From a virus: a DNA stretch of 64,000 nucleotides. The notes under the pieces were generated by a model. That model made no database searches. It worked only from the letters and a program-made list of their open reading frames with translations, and was not told where the DNA came from. The stretch is from the IMG/VR virus record IMGVR_UViG_3300029288_006769, positions 122,367-186,366 of that record; one strand, written 5' to 3'. Numbering within the stretch: the first letter of the stretch is position 1; each line of letters opens with the position of its first letter. The position numbers were made by a program, and so were the translations under genes. Below are positions 48,099 through 57,553 of this stretch, piece by piece.

Positions 48099-48923
48099 TC
48101 AATCCACGAATTTTACATTTGCCCTTGCACGTGCTTTGGATTCAGTATTGACAAGTACTTTATGCCATACGCTTCCAAGATTCACAGTAGCATGTTCTTC
48201 ATGCGAAATTTTGCCCTTGGCATACACATTGGGATCAGCCATCATAGAACGGTAACGCTTTGCACTATCAGGTTGCTCTTTTAAGAGCTTTTGATAATCT
48301 TTCACTTCAATAACGTTACTCCCAAGAACATAAACTTGTCTTCCACCTACTCTGTACAAAAATTCAGCATAGTGAAAGTGAGAACCTCCACCTCTCATCG
48401 GTTCGTTCTTCCAGACTTTTGTCAAGTTCCCTTTGGGCGGCTCAAAATTCGGTTGAGGAACAAACATGAATTCGCCTTGACGGTGAATTTTCTTTCCCGA
48501 CTTCAAAAGACGGTGTCTCTTATGCGCATTCTTTTTGTTGACACCCTCTTTCGATTCAATGTCAATAAGTTCTTTGGGTTTTAAAGCTTGTTTGGCACCA
48601 ATTACCGTAGTAACTCTTGAAGATTCAGGGATAGCACAAGTGAACCAGTGACGTTCATCATGTCCACAAAGAAATTTCGACTTGATTTCGCTTGTCTTAT
48701 CGCCTTTTCTGTTGATAACAGGTACTTTTGTCATCAAAAGCAAATGTCTGTCAGCTTTTTGAGCATCAAGAATCAACATTTCTATTTCTTTTGTGACTTG
48801 AAGCTCAAAATACTCGCCTTCACTGTCTCTTCTGACATCAATAGAAAAACCATCTCTACGTGGCTCAATGACTTTTACTCGAGCCCCGATTGCTTCGAAT
48901 TTCTTTTCGATTGTTGTTGTCAT
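48099..48923 (-). CDS. hypothetical protein
   Basis: ORF. Confidence 0.3.
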   Translation of the reverse strand: MTTTIEKKFEAIGARVKVIEPRRDGFSIDVRRDSEGEYFELQVTKEIEMLILDAQKADRHLLLMTKVPVINRKGDKTSEIKSKFLCGHDERHWFTCAIPESSRVTTVIGAKQALKPKELIDIESKEGVNKKNAHKRHRLLKSGKKIHRQGEFMFVPQPNFEPPKGNLTKVWKNEPMRGGGSHFHYAEFLYRVGGRQVYVLGSNVIEVKDYQKLLKEQPDSAKRYRSMMADPNVYAKGKISHEEHATVNLGSVWHKVLVNTESKARARANVKFVD

Positions 48924-49369
48924 ATAACCTCTAAATAAAGCGTGCTTCCAATAAATTTTTCAAGAACTTTACCATGATCAAAAGCAAGATCAGGTAAATT
49001 ATTTATATCAAAAAATTCAAGTTTCCTTGCATCATCTTTAGCTTTAGGCTCACCAGTGCATCTATGTACATAATAAACATGATCTATCACATGTCCTCTT
49101 GGATCTCTTTTGGGATCAGAATTGACCATGAATAATTCAAGATGTCTGGGCTCCACAACTAAATTTGTTTCTTCATAAAACTCCCTTGCTCCTGCAACCT
49201 CCAAACTTTCTTGATCACAGTTCAAAAATCCACCCGGTAATGCCCACATACCAACAAAGGGTTCATGATCTCTCTGAATCAACAAAATTTTATTTGTTTT
49301 GTTTGTAGTCATGTAAATCAAACTAGCAGTCGAAGCTGCATTTTTAAAATCATGAATATCAGTTGGCAT
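48920..49369 (-). CDS. NUDIX hydrolase
   Basis: Nudix box GGFLNCDQESLEVAGAREFYEETN. Confidence 0.8.
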   Translation of the reverse strand: MPTDIHDFKNAASTASLIYMTTNKTNKILLIQRDHEPFVGMWALPGGFLNCDQESLEVAGAREFYEETNLVVEPRHLELFMVNSDPKRDPRGHVIDHVYYVHRCTGEPKAKDDARKLEFFDINNLPDLAFDHGKVLEKFIGSTLYLEVI

Positions 49370-49670
49370 TTAATGCTCCTTGAACAATTTCCTTATAATG
49401 ATTCGTATTACCTTTGACAGACAAATAGCATTCCTTAACTAATTCAAGAATACTTTTCGGAGCAAAGAAAGTTGAATTTTTCATATGCGCATGGCTCGAA
49501 TAAACAAAGCCTTTTCCATTCAGATTGAGAGCTACACCACCAGACTTATCAATATTATCTATACAAAGAGAGCCACCTACATAATAAATAGGCCCCTCTC
49601 GCGTAATTATACGTTTTGCAATATGCCGCCAGCAAACAGGAAATGTATTGTAGTTTGTTTCAACCATCAA
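49359..49670 (-). CDS. hypothetical protein
   Basis: ORF. Confidence 0.25.
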   Translation of the reverse strand: MMVETNYNTFPVCWRHIAKRIITREGPIYYVGGSLCIDNIDKSGGVALNLNGKGFVYSSHAHMKNSTFFAPKSILELVKECYLSVKGNTNHYKEIVQGALNAN

Positions 49671-50137
49671 TGTCTCCTTGAAAAATCAAATGGTATACGT
49701 CGTATAGCCATTATTAGACTTACCGGTGCAAAAACAAAATTCAAGGCTACAGCAAACTTTTGTTCCAAGAATCGTGTCTCATGCATTGCAAACTCAGCTC
49801 TTACACAAAAAATTGTCCATAAAGCGCACATCATTATATAAAGAACAATAAACAATATCAAGAAAAACATTGTCATATTAAATTTCCTTCTTGTGATATT
49901 ATATTAAAAAACATTTTAAAAGGAAAATTTCTATGCAAATCTCAAAAGCATCAGATGATCTTTATCGTATTGTTATTACCTTCGACGCAAAAGAAGACAC
50001 AGATGTTGCACGACAAACATGTTTCTTCCAATTAAGAGATTTGAATAATATTTACAAAATCAAACCAAGAGGAAAACAAAGAGTCAAATCAATAACTATT
50101 GAGCCGTTCAATAAAAAGAAACTAGAGCCCAAAGGCC

Positions 50138-50692
50138 CTAGTCCCGATCGAGACACACGTTCCAATAGATGTAGTCAACCCAAGTCTCGTGCGGTATCTC
50201 AGCATCGAGCCTCCTGACAACCTGAATTGGTGCGGATTTGCTAAGACGAGGAATATAAGGTTTCCTTATCAAATCCCTTTTATAGTTCTTAACATGCTTG
50301 CAACCTTTTTGCCCATTGCATCTTATGCAGCTCACTACAATGTTGTCCCACCAAGTCTTACCGCCGTCTTGCCGTGGAATTACATGGTCAAACGTGAAAT
50401 TTGAAAGAGTAACCTTCTTACCGCAATACATGCAACATCCAGCATCTCTGAGATAAACATTTTTCCTTGTAAAAGGAAGCACGTTTGTAAAATGCTTTGG
50501 TACATAGTCAGAGTCAATGCACTTGATCACTGAAGGTATCGGCATTACAAAATTTACTCCACAGAATTTCTGCTCATAGTTTTCTAAAGCAATAGCTCTC
50601 TGTGTTGAGACTAATGCAATAGCCCTACGAGTTGAGACAATTGAAACTGGGATCATACCGATATTGAGCATTAAAGTTTGCATAATGGACAC
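50138..50692 (-). CDS. HNH endonuclease
   Basis: CMYCGKK...FDHVIPRQDGGKTWWDNIVVSCIRCN. Confidence 0.75.
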   Translation of the reverse strand: MSIMQTLMLNIGMIPVSIVSTRRAIALVSTQRAIALENYEQKFCGVNFVMPIPSVIKCIDSDYVPKHFTNVLPFTRKNVYLRDAGCCMYCGKKVTLSNFTFDHVIPRQDGGKTWWDNIVVSCIRCNGQKGCKHVKNYKRDLIRKPYIPRLSKSAPIQVVRRLDAEIPHETWVDYIYWNVCLDRD

Positions 50693-50761
50693 CTGACTAT
50701 ATATTAAATATAAATTCTTGCTATTTCAAAGCAAACACGTTAAAGATTTAGATCCATAAGA

Positions 50762-51637
50762 TTAAATGCCCAAGGCCGGGGTCGAACCGACATGAGACTC
50801 AGTCTCGGCAGGTCTTAAGCCTGCAGTGTCTCCCAATTTCACCACTTGGGCTCGAAAATTATCTGAATCAAAAGTAAAATATTGCTTTAAATTATGGCCT
50901 TCTGTAATTAATTTTATATAGTTGTCAATTGGAATATTTCTTCTTCTAAAAAACTTAATAATCTCAAGCAATGTTTCATAAAAAATTACTCTAATCACAT
51001 AACCATTATTTTTAAAAGCTTCTACAACTTTATCAACATGAGACCCTCGAAAACCTTTTATTTCATATAGCTTGCCTTCAATATCAAAATCATTTATTCT
51101 TGTCGATCCATTATACTGCACTCTTATATTCTCATAATCAAATTTAATGTGTTTATAAACTAGATAAAGAGCAAAAATAAACTCAAAAGTGCTTCTCAAA
51201 AGAACTTTTTTGTTATTAAAGATAAAATAAGAATATTTTCCTCTACCAATTCCTTTTGCAGGTGTCAACAAACCTTGAGCATATAATTTTTTTCTAGTTT
51301 CTGATTGTTTTATATGTGCAGGATGATTTTTAGTTTTTGATCTTTCTATGCTTGCTTTGACAAAAGGGTTATTAAAACCTATTTTTTTTAATCTTATTGA
51401 ATTCGCTTCACTTATACGTCGTATCGCTTCTGATGTTTGCTTTGTTAACCCTTTTGCCCATGCTCTTTTTTTGTCCAATTGTTTTGTCGGAATTCTTCCT
51501 TCTTTATGTGCTTTCTTAATTGCTTCAGAATTTTTCTTCCTTATTTTTGGACAAGAGTTCCACGAGTTTGAACAACACCATTTCTTATTACTTAACTGAA
51601 ACTTTGCTTCTTGTTCGCATCCATATTCGCACTGCAT
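50762..51637 (-). CDS. K/R-rich repeat protein, homing-endonuclease-like candidate
   Basis: NUMOD-like basic repeats. The ORF's last ~30 codons run through tRNA-Leu(UAA), so the true 3' end is uncertain. Confidence 0.3.
   Translation of the reverse strand: MQCEYGCEQEAKFQLSNKKWCCSNSWNSCPKIRKKNSEAIKKAHKEGRIPTKQLDKKRAWAKGLTKQTSEAIRRISEANSIRLKKIGFNNPFVKASIERSKTKNHPAHIKQSETRKKLYAQGLLTPAKGIGRGKYSYFIFNNKKVLLRSTFEFIFALYLVYKHIKFDYENIRVQYNGSTRINDFDIEGKLYEIKGFRGSHVDKVVEAFKNNGYVIRVIFYETLLEIIKFFRRRNIPIDNYIKLITEGHNLKQYFTFDSDNFRAQVVKLGDTAGLRPAETESHVGSTPALGI
50767..50851 (-). tRNA. tRNA-Leu(UAA), type II
   Basis: acceptor GCCCAAG/CTTGGGC, arm GCAGG-CTTAAGA-CCTGC, long variable arm. Confidence 0.7.
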
Positions 51638-51717
51638 GCTTACTCCTTTTATTAGAAGTAAGCATATAAAAACTTTAATAATTAAGACTGTTGTGTATGC
51701 CTTACATAAGCTTAAAA

Positions 51718-52386
51718 TTACCCTTTGCGTTGGTGTGCTAATTTCCTAAAACTAAATTTGTCGTACCCGTGCGATTCAGCTTTCAACTTGTCTGAAATCG
51801 GCCATGGCTCTTTTTCTTTATTTGTCAAAACTCCACTTATAAACTGCTGTACCTTTTGAAACATAGTAAATGGGTCAATGATTTTTTCAAAATTAAAGTT
51901 TTTAAGACAAGAGTCTTTTTCGTTAAACATTTGTCTATTGCATTTTTCTTGTTGCGTAATAATCGGCGTTCTATACTTTATATGCTCATTAAACAACTTT
52001 TCAGAAATTTCAATTTTAAAATCTGTCTCAATGTACTTGTTCCGTTTAATCAATTCTTCATAATATTTTGCGTTAGCAGTTCTAATAGCTTGTATAAATG
52101 ATTCTACTTCATAGTAATACTTATCTTCATAATACAAACCTTTATAAACAGTCCCACAAACAGAAACTTTAAACTTTCTTACAAGTTCACGATCATAATA
52201 AAAAAATCGTTCAAATGCAGATTTATCATTAAAAATGTCTTCTTTAATTTCTTCTGTTTTACGTTTATAAACAATGGACTTATCTATACCAAATGTCTTG
52301 ATGGTATCATAATAATCATGAAATTTCGAAACAATCAACATGATGATTTCCTTAACAAATAGCGGGGGAGAGAATCGAACTCCCAC
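51718..52386 (-). CDS. hypothetical protein
   Basis: ORF. Confidence 0.3.
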   Translation of the reverse strand: MGVRFSPPLFVKEIIMLIVSKFHDYYDTIKTFGIDKSIVYKRKTEEIKEDIFNDKSAFERFFYYDRELVRKFKVSVCGTVYKGLYYEDKYYYEVESFIQAIRTANAKYYEELIKRNKYIETDFKIEISEKLFNEHIKYRTPIITQQEKCNRQMFNEKDSCLKNFNFEKIIDPFTMFQKVQQFISGVLTNKEKEPWPISDKLKAESHGYDKFSFRKLAHQRKG

Positions 52387-52431
52387 TCTTTGGGTTATGA
52401 GCCCAATATCTTGCCATTAGAAGACCCCGCA
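52360..52431 (-). tRNA. initiator-type tRNA-Met(CAU)
   Basis: anticodon arm TTGGG-CTCATAA-CCCAA (three G:C pairs before the loop); acceptor TGCGGGG/CCCCGCT with an unpaired 1:72; close to E. coli tRNA-fMet in the stem and loop. Confidence 0.65.
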
Positions 52432-53327
52432 AATTTCAAAGTATCTGACAATTTCAATAAGCACTTATCAATGTCTTTTTTTACTTCTGAAGCAGTAAAA
52501 CGTAACACTTCCCAACCATTTGATTTAGACCAGTTATCTCGCTTCTGATCTTTTTGTTTTACTACATCAAGTTCATGACTCTTTCCATCAATCTCTACAT
52601 CAACTTTTATATCAACAAAAGCAATGTCATATTCATAAATTCCAATTTGATATCTTGCTGTCCATCCAGATATATTATTTTTAATTAAAGCTTGTTTAAA
52701 TAATTCTTCGACATAAGAAAGTTTTGAACTGTGATATAAACGATAAGGTAATCTATCAGGGTGTTCGCTAAAAAACTTAATTGCATGTTTTGAAATTTTT
52801 TGTTTTGCTTGTTCTGACAAATGTACTTTCTTTTTACAATTTTTCAAAGCGATTCTAATAAGTTCGACACCAAATAACTTTCTAAGCTCTTCTTTTGATT
52901 CTCCAAGTTCCCATCTGTTTTTGATATTCTGTATAATATTTGGATAATTTTTGATTAAATATGCTGCACATTTTTTCTTGTGCTTTGAAAAATTCCCTTT
53001 ATTGAAATCTCTACCACAAACACACTGTACTTGCTCTCTAAATCCATAAAAACCTATTTTTGTCGATTTCTTTCTTTTGCAACTTGCATGAGAACATTTT
53101 TGACTTTCACTTATTGTTCTTTTTGGAGTGTTCCTTAGAGCATAAACTATAATTTTTTTAGAAATTAGTCCTTCTTGTCGAATTTCATTTATAGACATAC
53201 CAGAATTGTATTTTTTAACAATCTCATCATAACTATCAATTGACAAATTACATCTTGAATTATGTTGAGTACAACCTGATTTTGTATTGAAACTCCTATT
53301 ACATTTTTTGCAAAAATACATATTCAA
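52395..53327 (-). CDS. zinc-finger + DUF559/Vsr-like endonuclease domain protein (homing-endonuclease-like)
   Basis: N-terminal CKKCNRSF...H; C-terminal YEYDIAFVDIKVDVEIDGKSH...NGWEVLRF. Confidence 0.5.
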   Translation of the reverse strand: MNMYFCKKCNRSFNTKSGCTQHNSRCNLSIDSYDEIVKKYNSGMSINEIRQEGLISKKIIVYALRNTPKRTISESQKCSHASCKRKKSTKIGFYGFREQVQCVCGRDFNKGNFSKHKKKCAAYLIKNYPNIIQNIKNRWELGESKEELRKLFGVELIRIALKNCKKKVHLSEQAKQKISKHAIKFFSEHPDRLPYRLYHSSKLSYVEELFKQALIKNNISGWTARYQIGIYEYDIAFVDIKVDVEIDGKSHELDVVKQKDQKRDNWSKSNGWEVLRFTASEVKKDIDKCLLKLSDTLKFAGSSNGKILGS

Positions 53328-53329
53328 AA

Positions 53330-53659
53330 TTACTCAAAACGGTCACTGACATTCTTCCAGTCCTTACCATCCGTTCTTACTTTTCTTCTGCCCCACTTTT
53401 CAGCTTCCTTTGCTTGCAATCTAACAAGCAGCTTAGCTTCAGGCATTACTTGTATCATTCTTCGAGCCTCAGAAAATGAAACGCACAAATTTGCTTCAAC
53501 CAATCTCTTAGGCTCTATTTTTTCCATTTGACACCAACCATAAGATTTTCTTTCAAAAGCTATTCCACATTTTTCACACACTCTTATTTTATCGTCCTCG
53601 GCAATTTGATCACATGCCCACCCGCACCGACATGTACAAGCATCACCTAACCAACTCAT
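53330..53659 (-). CDS. Cys-rich hypothetical protein
   Basis: ORF. Confidence 0.25.
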   Translation of the reverse strand: MSWLGDACTCRCGWACDQIAEDDKIRVCEKCGIAFERKSYGWCQMEKIEPKRLVEANLCVSFSEARRMIQVMPEAKLLVRLQAKEAEKWGRRKVRTDGKDWKNVSDRFE

Positions 53660-53898
53660 TTTTTACATTTCTGACATAAGTTATCAATATGATTTGTCAT
53701 TTGCACGCATTTTTCACAAAACTCAAGTTCCATTTCTTTAATCTCGAGCACCCAACGCCATGCATATCTACATGTGCAATCAATACAATATAACCCGTTA
53801 GGGTCATTTGGCCACACAGGGCACAACTTTGCGTCATCTTTTTCCTGAGCAACATCGCATTGCGCTATTGCTTGTTCTATTTGCTCTTTTGTTTTCAT
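53656..53898 (-). CDS. Cys-rich hypothetical protein
   Basis: ORF. Confidence 0.25.
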   Translation of the reverse strand: MKTKEQIEQAIAQCDVAQEKDDAKLCPVWPNDPNGLYCIDCTCRYAWRWVLEIKEMELEFCEKCVQMTNHIDNLCQKCKK

Positions 53899-54593
53899 TT
53901 TTTCACGCCAAAAACACTATAATTGCCAAATGTTGGACGTTTAAAATATACGGTCATATCGGGTTCTAAACCCGTTTTCCTTACATATATTTCAAATTTA
54001 CTGTCAAGCAAACTATGCAGCTCTTTTTCAGTATAATGCTTGACATGATATTTTACTATTTTATGATCAGGGTATCTTTCACCATTTGGAGTAGTAAAGC
54101 ACCAGATACCATTGGGCTTCAAAACTCTATAAACTTCGCTAATTACTTTTTCAACCTCTTCAACATGTTCAAATGTTTCTACCGAAACAACAGTATCAAA
54201 AAGACTGTCAATTTCAGGGATTTGCTTGATATCCCCTACATCATATTTTATATTTAAAGCATTGTAATGTTCTTTTGCAAAATCAATACTTTCTTTATCG
54301 ATGTCGTAACCATGTACTCTTAATGCTCTACTGGCAAGCATTTTTGTGCCCATGCCACAACCACAAGCAATATCGAGCACTAATTTGTTTTCAACTGCAA
54401 CTAGAAATTCACGATACATTAAATCATGGATGTCTATATTGCCCTGGCCAGCTTTACCTGCGTGTTCTGGGATTATTCGTTCGCCGGTATATTGCATTGT
54501 TCCCTCGGATCTATAACAATTCCACGTAGCGCATTTGCACAAATCGTACAAACTCCTGGAACAAGTGCAGAAGCTATACCTTGTTGATTGCAT
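53895..54593 (-). CDS. class I SAM-dependent methyltransferase
   Basis: motif I VLDIACGCGMG, LKPNGIWCFTTPN. Confidence 0.6.
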   Translation of the reverse strand: MQSTRYSFCTCSRSLYDLCKCATWNCYRSEGTMQYTGERIIPEHAGKAGQGNIDIHDLMYREFLVAVENKLVLDIACGCGMGTKMLASRALRVHGYDIDKESIDFAKEHYNALNIKYDVGDIKQIPEIDSLFDTVVSVETFEHVEEVEKVISEVYRVLKPNGIWCFTTPNGERYPDHKIVKYHVKHYTEKELHSLLDSKFEIYVRKTGLEPDMTVYFKRPTFGNYSVFGVKK

Positions 54594-54797
54594 TGAGAAC
54601 AGAGAATTTCCATATTACCATTCCTTAAATTTGGGATCGGAACGTATTTCTTCTACAAATTCTTTAAGATGTTCACAAGGCGGTTCTTCTTTTCCAATTC
54701 TCCAAGCAGCACCACAACTGGAACATATAATTACGTTTGGAACAAGATCCCATTTTCTTATTGTTTTTTCAGCATTCAAAATAAAAGGCTCCAAAAA

Positions 54798-54881
54798 CGG
54801 AGGTACCAGGAATTGAACCTGGGGAGCTTTTCAGCTTTGCTTGTTTTCGAAACAAGGCCCTCGACCAACCGGACTACCTCC
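54798..54881 (-). tRNA. tRNA-Ser(CGA), type II
   Basis: acceptor GGAGGTA/TACCTCC, arm CTTGT-TTCGAAA-ACAAG, long variable arm. Confidence 0.7.
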
Positions 54882-54903
54882 ATATATAGTTTCATTAACC
54901 TTA

Positions 54904-55230
54904 TTATTCGTCTATGCTAGACTGTGTCGTAGTTAACATTAGTTTGCATATATCCTGTATTAAAAGTTCTTCTTTTTCTCTAGCCTTTTCATAATGCTCA
55001 TGTTTAAAACTATAAATCACTTGTGCCATTGCTATATGGAGCACTTCGTGTACAAGATAATCTTCTGGTTCTTTTTCGTCAGAATACCACGTATAAACTG
55101 TTGCTTTCTTTGTTTTTACGTTCTTGCAACAGTGACCCTTATATTGACTATCAGAATCATACTCGATTTTCCAATCAGATAAAATTCTGATCTTCTTTAC
55201 TATATTTGCTAATCTGTCTTCAGCTTTCAT
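54904..55230 (-). CDS. small HExxH zinc-metallopeptidase-like protein (SprT-like)
   Basis: HEVLHIAM motif. Confidence 0.35.
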   Translation of the reverse strand: MKAEDRLANIVKKIRILSDWKIEYDSDSQYKGHCCKNVKTKKATVYTWYSDEKEPEDYLVHEVLHIAMAQVIYSFKHEHYEKAREKEELLIQDICKLMLTTTQSSIDE

Positions 55231-55652
55231 TTCGTCAAGACCACTCTAACAACTTTATCAATTACGCCATTGGACACAAGTTTAAATTGCGGCATCCCCA
55301 TTTCTTCTGCAAAAGGGTTACTATAAAAATTCATAAAGGAATTCTCATTAAAGAAATGGCAATGCTCTATGCACTCAACAGCTGATTCACTATGCCAATA
55401 AGGCACTTCTATTAAAAACACGCCTTTATTTTCAAGTAAGTCATAGATATCTTTGATAATCTGTTTCAAAACTTTTGATGATTCGATATGTTCGAATACA
55501 TGGCTCGCTTCAATATAACTAAATTTTCCTTCCAATTTAGGGAGCCCGTCATTCAAGTCCCACACTACATCAGCCCATTTGGGAACTATATCGACTCTAA
55601 TTTTATCAGGTTCTGGTTTGCTATATGGTCCTTCACCCAACATTAAGCGCAT
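55227..55652 (-). CDS. methyltransferase-like protein
   Basis: C-terminal class I MTase-like segments (KGVFLIEVP). Confidence 0.3.
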   Translation of the reverse strand: MRLMLGEGPYSKPEPDKIRVDIVPKWADVVWDLNDGLPKLEGKFSYIEASHVFEHIESSKVLKQIIKDIYDLLENKGVFLIEVPYWHSESAVECIEHCHFFNENSFMNFYSNPFAEEMGMPQFKLVSNGVIDKVVRVVLTK

Positions 55653-55672
55653 ATTTTTACTCCAAATTTAAG

Positions 55673-55746
55673 AGACCCAGGGCGGATTTGAACCGACCGT
55701 AATGCTAGTTTTGCAGACTAGTGCCTTACCGCTTGGCTACTGGGTC
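55673..55746 (-). tRNA. tRNA-Cys(GCA)
   Basis: acceptor GACCCAG/CTGGGTC, arm CTAGT-CTGCAAA-ACTAG. Confidence 0.6.
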
Positions 55747-55902
55747 ATGATATATTGTGTAATTCTTCAGCACATTCATAATAAACAGCTCGTTCGACAT
55801 CAGTAATACAGCTAGACTGTGCTTTCTCAGTCCACTTCCTCACCAAATCATGGCAAGCATTTTTCAAAATTTGCAATTTATCTTTATCTGTCGACAAGTC
55901 TA

Positions 55903-56259
55903 TCATATTCGTTCATATACAAATTTGAATTTGTTTTGCTTATCTAATTTTTCTTCAGCTAATAAATAATCTTCTGGAAGAGACGCATTATTTATTGTCC
56001 CGTGTTTGCCAATAAACAAAATTTCTTTTAAAGTCGAATTAAGGTAAACATGAGCACCAAATAATGTTCCTATCAACTCACCATATCCAAGCTTAGAAAA
56101 AGTATCACTATCTGTATACGGATCAAAACAATCAAGTAGATGATAGAGCAATTCTTGATGAATCTCTGCATTTATGCAAATAGATTCTACACGCTCATCT
56201 CCTATCTCGATTCGTGCAATGCCATCAACAATTAATTTTCGTAATTTTTCTTTTTTCAT
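55903..56259 (-). CDS. hypothetical protein
   Basis: ORF. Confidence 0.3.
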   Translation of the reverse strand: MKKEKLRKLIVDGIARIEIGDERVESICINAEIHQELLYHLLDCFDPYTDSDTFSKLGYGELIGTLFGAHVYLNSTLKEILFIGKHGTINNASLPEDYLLAEEKLDKQNKFKFVYERI

Positions 56260-56267
56260 AATTCAAA

Positions 56268-56340
56268 AGCCGATGAAGGGATTCGAACCCCCGACCTGCA
56301 CATTACGAATGTATTGCTCTACCAACTGAGCTACATCGGC
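56268..56340 (-). tRNA. tRNA-Thr(CGU)
   Basis: acceptor GCCGATG/CATCGGC, loop TTCGTAA. Confidence 0.65.
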
Positions 56341-56346
56341 AAAAAA

Positions 56347-56431
56347 TGGCGGAGGAAGAGGGACTCGAACCCCCAAGCCCTTTCGGGCGGCAGTTTTCAA
56401 GACTGCTCGTCTACCATTGACGTATTCCTCC
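56347..56431 (-). tRNA. tRNA-Ser(UGA), type II
   Basis: acceptor GGAGGAA/TTCCTCC, arm GCAGT-CTTGAAA-ACTGC, long variable arm, encoded CCA. Confidence 0.7.
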
Positions 56432-56652
56432 AAAATTTACTTCTTTGCATACCTTTCGCTTTTTTCAGCATAAGGTAAACTATTTAATTCTACATCTAAA
56501 TCAAACAAATGCCAGTTTTTACAACAAAAACATTCCTTTGATTTTGCCTTTGTGCAATCTAAACAGGTAAAAAGGCCGTTCCGTCTCTTATCTAATTCAG
56601 TCATAAGAACCTCCCGTTTACCAGTAGATTCTTATATACTTTTTAGAAAAAT

Positions 56653-56725
56653 TGTTAGCGAAAGGACTTGAACCTTCAACCGACAGATTATGATTCTGTT
56701 GCTCTACCAATTAAGCTACGCTAAC
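56653..56725 (-). tRNA. tRNA with CAU anticodon (elongator Met or Ile2/lysidine type)
   Basis: acceptor GTTAGCG/CGCTAAC, arm ACAGA-ATCATAA-TCTGT. Confidence 0.65.
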
Positions 56726-57011
56726 ATGACACTAAAAAACGCATTTTTGCGTGTTTATCCTCACTCTCAAGTTTTTTATTCTCGACAATCATAAACATAT
56801 CTAACAAGGGTTCATATTGAACTTTCAATTGTATTCTATCATTACAATCTATATAAACAGGTTTCTTAAAACTTTCTTGATAATGTCGTAAATTCACGGG
56901 GTCTCCTCCCCAATCTAATTTAAGTCTATAGGGAGAATAATTAAACTGATGAGGATCGCCTTGGAGAACCTTTTTTACTTCATCAGATGACATATAACAT
57001 CGAAAACTCAT
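56721..57011 (-). CDS. hypothetical protein
   Basis: ORF; start moved to the internal Met because the upstream codons lie in the tRNA-like element. Confidence 0.3.
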   Translation of the reverse strand: MSFRCYMSSDEVKKVLQGDPHQFNYSPYRLKLDWGGDPVNLRHYQESFKKPVYIDCNDRIQLKVQYEPLLDMFMIVENKKLESEDKHAKMRFLVSC

Positions 57012-57017
57012 AAATTT

Positions 57018-57250
57018 TGCCCTTGGTGGGATTTGAACCCACATAACATTGATTAGAGTTCCTCTTTGGAAACGCGATTCCTGCCGCTGTTTACAAACCC
57101 TCCAAAGCTGTCGCCAGATCTTTGGCAGCGTATCAGTTCTGCCGCAACCATGGAACTCGCCTAAGAACAGTTTCCCGTTCGGTCAATGCCCTCCGTTAAG
57201 AGTCACGGTCCGTTTTTCCGAGTGCACTTTCCATTTTATGCTACAAGGGC
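57018..57250 (-). ncRNA. tRNA-like RNA with ~160-nt internal insert (intron-containing tRNA or tmRNA-like candidate)
   Basis: 5' GCCCTTG pairs with 3' CAAGGGC-A; canonical T-arm GTGGG-TTCAAAT-CCCAC; D-arm-like GCAT-AAAATGGAAA-GTGC; the rest does not fold as a normal cloverleaf. Confidence 0.4.
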
Positions 57251-57467
57251 CTAAAATTTAAAAATTGGTTGCATCTGAGTTATCAATGCTGTTTTTCTTT
57301 TTGACAGTTCTTGAGACTGTTGCCTGAACCAGTTCGGCTAACCCGGCACCCAATTGACATAAGCTCAGCCACAATCAACTGAGTGCCGGGTCTTGGATTT
57401 GAACCAAGATAAAAATGTAAGCACTAATTGTTAAAAGATACAACCAATTAATTTCAAAGATCAAATT

Positions 57468-57553
57468 TGGCCAGAAAGGGACTTGAACCCTTACGGACCT
57501 CACGGTCCCTCGGATTTTGAGTCCGAGTTGTCTCCCGATTCCAGCATCTGGCC
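57468..57553 (-). tRNA. tRNA-Leu(CAA), type II
   Basis: acceptor GGCCAGA/TCTGGCC, arm TCGGA-CTCAAAA-TCCGA, long variable arm. Confidence 0.7.

Noticed and set aside
54535-54920. Plus-strand ORFs 54535-54816 and 54669-54920
   Set aside because: They overlap tRNA-Ser(CGA) and the 3' end of the methyltransferase gene on the opposite strand. They have low-complexity translations and no RBS.
57340-57410. Possible additional tRNA: minus-strand T-arm-like CTTGG-TTCAAAT-CCAAG followed by a 9-bp stem ACCCGGCAC...GTGCCGGGT
   Set aside because: No complementary 5' acceptor strand or D/anticodon arms could be found. It is more likely a tRNA fragment or a terminator-like hairpin pair. It remains worth including in a covariance-model scan.
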